Assembly: GCA_035686185.1 (NCBI GenBank)
Contig: DASRZR010000096.1
Coordinates: 1-37,924, forward strand
DNA: 37,924 bases
Direction of reading: 5' to 3'
Source: Spirochaetia bacterium
Lineage (GTDB): Bacteria > Spirochaetota > Spirochaetia > SZUA-6 > Fen-1364
The notes under the pieces: generated by a model
The model's database searches: none
What the model was told of the DNA's origin: nothing
Seen by the model: only the letters and a program-made list of their open reading frames with translations
Position numbers and translations under genes: made by a program
In this document: positions 17,310 to 24,002 of the stretch, one piece after another
Numbering within the stretch: the stretch's first letter is position 1
Layout: each line of letters opens with the position of its first letter

Positions 17310-17334
17310 GGAACGCCCGTGTTCCGGGCGTTCC
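17310..17334 (-). terminator. Rho-independent-type terminator after the DOMON-like gene
   Basis: 10-bp GC-rich stem GGAACGCCCG/CGGGCGTTCC with a 5-nt loop. On the minus strand it is followed by TTGTTCAATTTCTCC. It lies 11 nt past the stop at 17345. Confidence 0.55.
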
Positions 17335-17344
17335 ACCTGGTCCT

Positions 17345-17899
17345 TTACTGCAGTGACAGGCTGAGAGCGCCCCGTGCCATGTGCCGGGGGATGAACGACT
17401 TCTCGGTTCCGACCGCGTAGATGACCTGCAGGTCCTTCTGGCCGTCCTTGATGTACGCGGACGGCTTCAGCTCGAGCTCCAGCGTGGTCTTTCCGCCCGC
17501 CACCTTGATGGCGTAGGCGACAACGGTAGCCGCCACGTCCGCGCCCACGTCCTTGTGAGAGTGCCCCGAGCCGGCCTGCGGCTTGAACTGCACCTTGCCT
17601 TCCTTGTCGACGAATCCCATGAAGATCGTCGAGCCGTCCATCCTCAGCGAGCCGAGGCCGAGGGCCACCCAGCCGGTGGAATCACCCACGGCCGCGAGGT
17701 ACAGCGCGTCCGCGGTCCTCCTGGCGTACACGGAGATGGAATCGAAGTCCTGGGAAAAGCTGTATTCAGCAGGGCTCACCACGCCGTCCACGGTTACCTT
17801 GCCCGTGGTGACGGGCAGCGACTTGGCCTGGGAAAAGGCCATTGCGCCGACGGCGGTGAGAAGCAGGAACGAAAACAACATTGAAAGAAAACGTCTCAC
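17345..17899 (-). CDS. Secreted DOMON-like domain protein
   Basis: Signal-peptide-like N-terminus (V/M)RRFLSMLFSFLLLTAVGAMAFSQA. The segment GWVALGLGSLRMDGSTIFMGFVD resembles the DOMON core (GWvaiGfs..M.gsd). The start is set at GTG 17899 (GGAGG 9 nt upstream); the track start is 17917. Confidence 0.6.
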   Translation of the reverse strand: MRRFLSMLFSFLLLTAVGAMAFSQAKSLPVTTGKVTVDGVVSPAEYSFSQDFDSISVYARRTADALYLAAVGDSTGWVALGLGSLRMDGSTIFMGFVDKEGKVQFKPQAGSGHSHKDVGADVAATVVAYAIKVAGGKTTLELELKPSAYIKDGQKDLQVIYAVGTEKSFIPRHMARGALSLSLQ

Positions 17900-17963
17900 G
17901 TTGGAACACCTCCGCACCCAAGATAATGGGCGGTGTTCGGCGCGGCAAACCCTGCCGCGAGCA

Positions 17964-19529
17964 TCACTGCGGCGCGGAGAGCGTCAGGACTTTCCCCGGC
18001 CGCAGGTGATCGGGGTCTCCCAACTCGTTCACCGAGCGCGTGCGGTCCAGGAAACCAGCCCAGGCCCCCCGGTCGGTCCCGCCGGGCAGGGAAGTGAAGA
18101 TCTTCCAGAGGCTGTCCCCCGGCTTTACGACGTAGGTCAGGGTGGGGGACGATGAGGGCACGGCCGGTCCGGACACGGAGACGGCCGGCGTGCCGGCCGC
18201 GGGCGCCGTTGTCGGGGCCGCTCCCGTGGGTGCGACCGCCGTGGCAGCGGGCGCAGCCGTGACCGCGGGGCTGGCCCCCGCGGCAACGTGGGATGGCGAC
18301 GGCGGGGCCCCAGAGCGCAGCCCGGCCGGCACTACGCCAAGCAGGATGGCCAGGATGACTGCAGCCAGGACCGTGGGCAGCAGCACAAGGCCGGACCCGC
18401 GGCCAAGTCTCGGGCGTGAAGGCACTGCAGGCACCGATTCGCGCGGCCGGGGCCGCCGGCCGGGGCTCTCATGGGCAGGAGCCGGCTCTTTCGATGCCGG
18501 AGAGTGTCTTGCGCGCGCCGGCGGATCTGCCCGGGCCGTCCGGCGCGGCCGGACGGCGGGGGCAGGCGCGTCAACTGCCGGCACCGTCTCGCGCGGCCGG
18601 GGCGCCTCGGCCCTCTGGCGACGGGGCGCGTGGGCGGCGGACCGCACGGAGTCACCGTCCGGCCACTCGCGCGCCTCCTCCCGTGATGGCCAGGCCGCGG
18701 CATCCTCCGCCGGGGTCCGCGAAGCCGGCGCGGACCGGCGGGAAGGGGGCCGCGACGGAGGACGCTTGGGTATCTCCGGAGCCGAGGCGCGGGCCTCCGC
18801 GATCGCCTCGTCGGAGAAGTACTTGTCCAGGAAATAGGAGGCGGAATCCCGGTCAAAGGCGCGCGCCGCCCGGGAAGGCAACGAGCTCACCTCCATGTCC
18901 AGCGAGCGCTCCTCCGCGGTCCTCACGGCCCGCGCGATCTCTCCGTATTCCTCCAGGGAGGCGCTGCCGATCCGTCCCCGCAGCTCCCGCGTGGGCAGGC
19001 TTCGCTTCAGCACGAGCGCGATGAGCTGGACGTGCTCGTTGCTGAGGTCGTCCCGGAGGGCGAGCAGGTACAGGTACAGGAGGACCCGGGGGTCCATGTC
19101 ACGGGCGAGCCGGTCCGAGATCTCGATGCTCTTGCGCACGAGCAGGCGCTTTTCCAGGTACGTGTACTGCGTGAGGTCGTAGAGAAGGCCCGACGGGAAC
19201 GGCGTCTCTCCCAGGAAAATCGCCGTGACCGCCAGGTCGAACAACGAGCTGCGGATACCTCCCGGTACGTACAGCGAAATGAAGTGCAGGATCCGGTGCG
19301 CGGAAAACCCGCCCAGGTTCATCAGGCACGCCACGAGGATCGCCGTCTCCGGGCTCACCCGACCGCGTTCCTTCAGCTTCTTTCTCAGGACCCTTTGGGA
19401 AAGGGCAATCTCTTCCGGCCCGATGTTCGCGGCGATATCCCAATAGAGGGAGAACGGATCGGCCGGCGACTGGAAAACGGCCTCGAGAAGCGATTCGAGC
19501 CGGGGTGAAAGCCTTTCCGCGCGCGCCAT
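17964..19529 (-). CDS. Bitopic membrane protein: cytoplasmic helical domain, Pro/Arg-rich disordered region, one TM helix, Ala/Pro linker, C-terminal LysM
   Basis: 521 aa. The TM helix is GLVLLPTVLAAVILAILLGVVPAG. The C-terminal LysM is TYVVKPGDSLWKIFTSL..LGDPDHLRPGKVLTL. I recognise no family for the N-terminal ~230 aa. Confidence 0.8.
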   Translation of the reverse strand: MARAERLSPRLESLLEAVFQSPADPFSLYWDIAANIGPEEIALSQRVLRKKLKERGRVSPETAILVACLMNLGGFSAHRILHFISLYVPGGIRSSLFDLAVTAIFLGETPFPSGLLYDLTQYTYLEKRLLVRKSIEISDRLARDMDPRVLLYLYLLALRDDLSNEHVQLIALVLKRSLPTRELRGRIGSASLEEYGEIARAVRTAEERSLDMEVSSLPSRAARAFDRDSASYFLDKYFSDEAIAEARASAPEIPKRPPSRPPSRRSAPASRTPAEDAAAWPSREEAREWPDGDSVRSAAHAPRRQRAEAPRPRETVPAVDAPAPAVRPRRTARADPPARARHSPASKEPAPAHESPGRRPRPRESVPAVPSRPRLGRGSGLVLLPTVLAAVILAILLGVVPAGLRSGAPPSPSHVAAGASPAVTAAPAATAVAPTGAAPTTAPAAGTPAVSVSGPAVPSSSPTLTYVVKPGDSLWKIFTSLPGGTDRGAWAGFLDRTRSVNELGDPDHLRPGKVLTLSAPQ

Positions 19530-19637
19530 GAATGCTTGTCCGGACGCTACCGTTTCGCCGCCGGATTGTCAAGGAAAACGGGGTTGCCGGTCAATTTTAC
19601 GTGCCGCAAGACCGAAATTAGCGATAAAGGGCGTGGA

Positions 19638-20498
19638 GTGCTGACAAAGACCATCAAGTACAGGACGGAGGGGCGCAAACGAATCACCGCCCACACGTAT
19701 CGCCGCAAGATACGTGGCGCGCTGCTGTCCCTGACGCGGAACGTGATCCTGTGCAACACGCCGGAGCACGTGGACGCCGCAGCCGCCCTGGCCCAGGTGG
19801 TCAGCGCGGATGGCATGAACAACCGCAACTACCTGCTGTTCCTCACGCTCCTGGAGACGAACCACCCCTTCGTGATCGACATCCTCGTGGGCCGGCGCAA
19901 CCCGTTCCTGCTCTTCTCCCCGATCAAGCCCAACTGGTTCCTCGTCAAGGAGACGTTCAGAATCCTCGCCAAGTTCAAGGGCAACGAACTGGCCGAGAAG
20001 GCGCTGCTGGCGCTCCTGGGGATCGTGCAGAACGCGTACAAGACCTCGAAGGACGGCTACAAGATCTACCCGCTGCGGATGTCGGACGTGTACAACATAG
20101 GCAAACACCTGGACAAGGAGCGGGACCAGCTCGACCCCCGCAATCGCCTGCTGCTGGAGATCCTGTTCGACATCTACTTCGTGGGAATCGACAGCGACAA
20201 CCGGGCCACCAAGCAGATCGGGATCAAGGCGAACGACATCCGGATGTCGTTCTTCGATCACACGAAGCGGATGGTGGATGCCATCCCGGACGTGCTGCTC
20301 GTCAAGGACATCATCCGCATCCCTCCCGCCGCGGTCTGCTTCAAGTGGGAGGCGCCGGAAGTTTCGCCGCCGGCGCTTGAGTCGCGGGAGCCCCCCGAGC
20401 TCAAGCTGGCCCTGAGGGAGCGGGCGCCGGCGCCCCGTTCTAAGAAAGCGCCGGCAAAGAAGCCAACCCCGCGCGGAAAGCCGCGGAGCCGAAGATGA
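19638..20498 (+). CDS. Paralog A of an unrecognised five-member family (basic N-terminal segment and Lys/Pro/Arg-rich C-tail)
   Basis: It shares all family motifs with B-E (NYLLFLTLL, FVIDILVG, IKPN, DGYKIY, DVYNIGKHLD, NRLLLEIL, IRMSFFDH). The track start at 19536 is a TTG only 7 nt from the divergent LysM ATG. GTG 19638 (AAGGG 6 nt upstream) fits the paralog N-terminal lengths better. The start remains uncertain. Confidence 0.8.
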   Translation: MLTKTIKYRTEGRKRITAHTYRRKIRGALLSLTRNVILCNTPEHVDAAAALAQVVSADGMNNRNYLLFLTLLETNHPFVIDILVGRRNPFLLFSPIKPNWFLVKETFRILAKFKGNELAEKALLALLGIVQNAYKTSKDGYKIYPLRMSDVYNIGKHLDKERDQLDPRNRLLLEILFDIYFVGIDSDNRATKQIGIKANDIRMSFFDHTKRMVDAIPDVLLVKDIIRIPPAAVCFKWEAPEVSPPALESREPPELKLALRERAPAPRSKKAPAKKPTPRGKPRSRR

Positions 20499-20519
20499 GC
20501 CGAAGCGCGAGAGAAAAGT

Positions 20520-20548
20520 TTGACAAGCGCATCCGTGAAGCATAGAAT
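20520..20548 (+). promoter_or_regulatory. Near-consensus sigma-70-type promoter TTGACA-N17-TAGAAT
   Basis: Read directly from the sequence: TTGACA at 20520-20525, a 17-nt spacer, and TAGAAT at 20543-20548. It begins 22 nt after the stop of paralog A and ~320 nt upstream of paralog B. Confidence 0.45.
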
Positions 20549-20626
20549 TGCAGACACCTGACTGGTGCAGGCGCGAAGGAAGCGGCTGCGGAACCGCACC
20601 GGTAGCAATCGCCGTCCTTGCAACTG

Positions 20627-20656
20627 CCTGTTCCAGTGTGGAACAAGAAGTTCCAC
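20627..20656. promoter_or_regulatory. Enhancer-like (UAS) module: CCTGTTCCA-N2-GTGGAAC-N5-GTTCCAC
   Basis: Perfect inverted repeat GTGGAAC-aagaa-GTTCCAC at 20638-20656, with its centre ~134 bp upstream of the -24 GG at 20781. An extra half-site is at 20627-20635, and another GTGGAAC is at 20716-20722. The architecture and flanks match the module at 12568-12608. Confidence 0.55.
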
Positions 20657-20779
20657 TTTGACGCACTGTTTGCTGCCTTGAAAAACGGGGGCGCCATGGT
20701 AGCGGCGCCCGGTGTGTGGAACACCGCTCGAAAAGGCCCGTTTCTCCTGGCACAGTTTCTCTGCCTTGCAACGGTGGGT

Positions 20780-20796
20780 TGGCATGAGCCTTGCTT
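20780..20796 (+). promoter_or_regulatory. Sigma-54 (-24/-12) promoter in front of paralogs B-E
   Basis: TGGCATGagccTTGCTT has exact GG-N10-GC spacing. It lies 72 nt upstream of ATG 20867 and is near-identical to the che promoter TGGCATGgtcgTTGCTT. Confidence 0.7.
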
Positions 20797-20866
20797 TGAA
20801 TAGTAGAGCCAGCCGCGTGGACTGGCAGGAAAGGGCGAGACACCGCGCTCCGTTGGAGAGAGGGAG

Positions 20867-21586
20867 ATGCTTCATTTTCCTTTACTGAAGTTCTGGAACG
20901 AGGACGAGCTGTACGCTCTGCAGGTCTCCGCGGTGTCGCGCCTGATGAAGGTGGACACTCCCTACGCGGTTGAGGCCACGGTGGAGATCGCGAAGTTCCT
21001 CTGTGACAAGGGCCTGGACTCGGACAACTATCCGCTGTTCCTGGAGCTGCTGCGGGACGAGAACCGCTTTGTCATCGAGGCGCTGATCGGGAAGAACAAG
21101 GCCTTTGACCTGTTCACCCGCGTGCAGCCCAACCCGTACATCATCGAGTTCTGTCTCACAACGCTGCGGTCCTATGCGCCGGGCGGCGTGAACGACCGCA
21201 CGCTGGAGATGATCTTCGGGATCCTGTACCGCAACTACCACAGCGCGCGGGAAGGCAACATGCTGCACCGTCTCACGATCGAGGACGTGAACGCCGTGGG
21301 CAAGTTCCTGGACAAGTCACGTGACCAGAACGACCCGATCAACCGCTTCATCCTCGACATCCTGGCCGACATTGCGGAGTACCGCTCCATCAACAACGAG
21401 GACCCGGCGCTGGACAAGAACTCCTCGCACGCGACGGCCATCCGCAACGCGTTCTTCGACACCCGCCGCTCCCTGTCCAGCGTGATGCCGGCGGAGATCC
21501 TGGTGAGAAAAAACTACGATGAAACTCTCGTGAAGCCGCGAAGCACGCGAAAGTTCACGGAAACCGCTAAACCGAAGGGGAAATAG
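20867..21586 (+). CDS. Paralog B of the unrecognised family
   Basis: 239 aa with family motifs NYPLFLELL, FVIEALIG, VQPNP, DVNAVGKFLD, NRFILDIL, IRNAFFDT. It has a short basic tail (KPRSTRKFTETAKPKGK). A purine-rich GGAGAGAGGGAG precedes the ATG. Confidence 0.88.
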   Translation: MLHFPLLKFWNEDELYALQVSAVSRLMKVDTPYAVEATVEIAKFLCDKGLDSDNYPLFLELLRDENRFVIEALIGKNKAFDLFTRVQPNPYIIEFCLTTLRSYAPGGVNDRTLEMIFGILYRNYHSAREGNMLHRLTIEDVNAVGKFLDKSRDQNDPINRFILDILADIAEYRSINNEDPALDKNSSHATAIRNAFFDTRRSLSSVMPAEILVRKNYDETLVKPRSTRKFTETAKPKGK

Positions 21587-21597
21587 GAGGCGAACCC

Positions 21598-22290
21598 ATG
21601 GCGCAGTTGGACGAGTTCAACAGGGAGGTGTGGTCTGACCAGTCCATCTTCCGGGTGGAAAACCACATCATCAACAACATCTTTGCCTGCCGCACGACGG
21701 ATGCGGTGGAGGCGGCCATCACCTACTCGGCGTTCCTGCGCAAGAGCGGGCTGACCAACGAGAACTACCCCCTGTTCCTGAAGCTGCTGGAGATGGACAA
21801 CCACTTCGTCATCGACTCGTTGCTGGGGACCACGGACCCGTTCCTGTTCCTGACGCCCATCCAGCCGACCAAGCACCTGGTGTCGACCTGCTTCCGCCTG
21901 CTCACGAACTGGCACCCGGGCGGAATCTACCCGAAGACGCTCGCCATCGTGCTGGGCGCCCTGCAGGCCGGCTACAGCTACGCCAAGGACGGCTACCGGA
22001 TCCACAAGGTCACGATCAACGACGTGAACAACCTGGGCAAGCACCTGAACAAGGAGAAGGGCCAGGACGAGTCGGTCAACCGCGCCATCCTGGATATCCT
22101 GGATCGCCTGGCCTCCCTCGAGGGGCAGGGCGATGACGAGATGGAGCTGATTGCCCGCCAGTGCAACGTGATCCGCGGCAACTACTTCGACAAGCGCCGC
22201 AAGATGGAGGATGCCATCCCGCAGGTCCTCCTGGTGAAGTCCGACTACCTCGTCAAAGAGGTGTTGCCGGGCAGCGTGTTCGAGGATTGA
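21598..22290 (+). CDS. Paralog C of the unrecognised family
   Basis: 230 aa with NYPLFLKLL, FVIDSLLG, IQPT, HPGGIYPKTL, DGYRIH, DVNNLGKHLN, NRAILDIL, IRGNYFD. GGAGG RBS. The gap after B is 11 nt. Confidence 0.9.
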   Translation: MAQLDEFNREVWSDQSIFRVENHIINNIFACRTTDAVEAAITYSAFLRKSGLTNENYPLFLKLLEMDNHFVIDSLLGTTDPFLFLTPIQPTKHLVSTCFRLLTNWHPGGIYPKTLAIVLGALQAGYSYAKDGYRIHKVTINDVNNLGKHLNKEKGQDESVNRAILDILDRLASLEGQGDDEMELIARQCNVIRGNYFDKRRKMEDAIPQVLLVKSDYLVKEVLPGSVFED

Positions 22291-22303
22291 GGGAGGCAGA
22301 AGC

Positions 22304-23155
22304 ATGGTTATCCTTGACAGGACCAAGACGTATAACGCGACGGACATCGCGGAGATCGAGAACAAGATGCTGAGCGGCATCCTTGCCTGCCGCACGCCGG
22401 AGGCCGTGGAATCGGCCATCACCTACGCGCACTTCCTGAACAAGACCGGCCTGACGGGGGAGAACTACCCGCTGTTCATCAAGGTGCTGGAGATCGGCAA
22501 CCACTGGGTCATCGACGCGCTCATCGGCAGCCGCGACCCGTTCCTGTTCTTCAGCTCCATCCAGCCGAACTACCAGCTGCTCACCGCCTCCTTCAACCTG
22601 CTGGCGGAGCGGCACCCGGGCGGGCTGTACGCGAAGAGCCTCTCCGTGGTGCTCGGGATCCTGCAGGCGGCCTACAACGTGCCGGTGGACGGGTACAAGA
22701 TCTACGCCGTGTCGGTGTCGGACCTGAACGCGCTCGGCAAGCACCTGGACGAGGAGGCCGGCCAGGAAGACTCCCTGAACCGCTGCATCCTCGACATCCT
22801 GGAAAAGGTGGCCCAGCTGGAAGGCCTGGACGCGACCAACCGGGACATGGAAGAGGTGGCCATCCACTCGAACGAGATCAGGAACTTCTTCTTCGACAGC
22901 ACGAAGCACCTGAACGAGGTCATCCCGCCGGTGCTCCTGGCGCGGATGAGCTACAAGGACTTCGAGATCCCGCCGCGCAAGCTGGTGGAGTTCACCAAGT
23001 CCAAGCTCGCCCAGGAAGACAAAGTAGCCAAGGAGCAGATCAACATCCGCGTCTCCTCCCGCGGCCAGGCGGCTGCCAAGGAAGCCCCGGCCCCCGCGGC
23101 GGCGCCCAGGAAGACGGGCAACGGCGGCGGCGCCTCGCGCCGCAGCAGCAAGTAA
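22304..23155 (+). CDS. Paralog D of the unrecognised family (with Ala/Pro/Lys/Arg-rich C-terminal tail)
   Basis: 283 aa with NYPLFIKVL, WVIDALIG, IQPN, HPGGLYAKSL, DGYKIY, DLNALGKHLD, NRCILDIL, IRNFFFD. It is closest to C by eye. GGGAGG RBS. The gap after C is 13 nt. Confidence 0.9.
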   Translation: MVILDRTKTYNATDIAEIENKMLSGILACRTPEAVESAITYAHFLNKTGLTGENYPLFIKVLEIGNHWVIDALIGSRDPFLFFSSIQPNYQLLTASFNLLAERHPGGLYAKSLSVVLGILQAAYNVPVDGYKIYAVSVSDLNALGKHLDEEAGQEDSLNRCILDILEKVAQLEGLDATNRDMEEVAIHSNEIRNFFFDSTKHLNEVIPPVLLARMSYKDFEIPPRKLVEFTKSKLAQEDKVAKEQINIRVSSRGQAAAKEAPAPAAAPRKTGNGGGASRRSSK

Positions 23156-23171
23156 CCGAACAAGCAGGCGC

Positions 23172-23205
23172 TCGGCGGCCCGGGAGTCTCTCCCGGGCCC
23201 GCCGA
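23172..23205 (+). terminator. Strong GC-rich hairpin between paralogs D and E (terminator, attenuator or processing site)
   Basis: TCGGC-GGCCCGGGAG-tct-CTCCCGGGCC-c-GCCGA forms a 15-bp stem with one bulge and a 3-nt loop. No clear U-tract follows (tgccttcc). Confidence 0.4.
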
Positions 23206-23227
23206 TGCCTTCCGGCGGGGTGACGGC

Positions 23228-23932
23228 ATGGATGTTCAGAAGCTGAAGGACGAGGCGAAGGTCGGCCACATCTCGGAGGAGTACGTCGACTTCCTCAAGT
23301 ACCGCACGATCACCGAGATCATGGAGTCCTCCACGCCCCGGGCGGCGAATGCCCTGTGGGCTTACGCGAGCTTCCTGAACCACCTGGGGATCACGCCGGA
23401 CAACTACCCGCTGTACATCGCCCTGCTGGCGAGCAACAACCGCTACGCCATTGACGCGCTCCTGGCCGGCCACCAGCCCGAGCGCTACCTGGACTGCGTC
23501 GCGCCGAACCCCTACATCGTGAAGTCCACGTTCGAGACGTTCTCCGAGCTGAAGAGCAACGAGATCTACGAGAAGTCCCTGCGGGTGTTCCTCGGGTTCC
23601 TGTACAAGGTGTACGCCTCGGCCCAGGAAGGCTACGCGATGTACCCGGTATCCATCGAGGAAGTCAACAGCCTGGGCAAGTTCCTGGACGAGTCCCAGGA
23701 ACAGGACTGGCCGCTGAACCGTGGGATCCTCGACGTGCTGGCCGCCATCGCGGACCTGGACATGCCGCACGAGGCCAACGTGGCAAAGCGCAACGTCGCC
23801 GCGCAGGCCGGACGGATCCGCTCCGATTTCTTCGACCACAAGCGGTCGCTGAAGCAGTCCATCACGGAAGTGATCCTGCAGAAAGCGCCGAATCCGACCT
23901 TCGGGACCCCCCCGGAATACACGTACGGCTGA
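23228..23932 (+). CDS. Paralog E of the unrecognised family
   Basis: 234 aa with NYPLYIALL, YAIDALLA, VAPNP, EGYAMY, EVNSLGKFLD, NRGILDVL, IRSDFFDH. Confidence 0.88.
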   Translation: MDVQKLKDEAKVGHISEEYVDFLKYRTITEIMESSTPRAANALWAYASFLNHLGITPDNYPLYIALLASNNRYAIDALLAGHQPERYLDCVAPNPYIVKSTFETFSELKSNEIYEKSLRVFLGFLYKVYASAQEGYAMYPVSIEEVNSLGKFLDESQEQDWPLNRGILDVLAAIADLDMPHEANVAKRNVAAQAGRIRSDFFDHKRSLKQSITEVILQKAPNPTFGTPPEYTYG

Positions 23933-24002
23933 TCCGCTCCCGCTCTCCTACTTCATCGAACGCCGGCAACGCACGCGCACAGTCGGGCTCGTAACGAGCC
24001 TG

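Noticed and set aside
19536-19637. TTG-initiated N-terminal extension of paralog A
   Set aside because: The TTG at 19536 lies 7 nt from the divergent LysM ATG, which leaves no promoter space. The extension has no counterpart in paralogs B-E. GTG 19638 is preferred but remains unproven.
20748-20770. TGGCAC...TTGCA, which looks like a second sigma-54 promoter
   Set aside because: The GG-to-GC spacing is N12 (to CTGC) or N17 (to TTGCA) instead of the strict N10. The properly spaced element at 20780-20796 lies just downstream.
20618-20803. 61-aa ORF inside the A/B intergenic region
   Set aside because: It has a TTG start and no RBS. It spans the palindromes and the sigma-54 promoter, and its composition is unremarkable. 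The regulatory reading explains the sequence better.
19569-23839. Three long minus-strand ORFs (19569-20843, 21514-22422, 22253-23839) covering the paralog array
   Set aside because: The plus-strand frames are mutually homologous across five genes with RBSs, which validates them. The minus-strand translations are R/G/V/D/H/Q-rich and show no paralogy pattern of their own.
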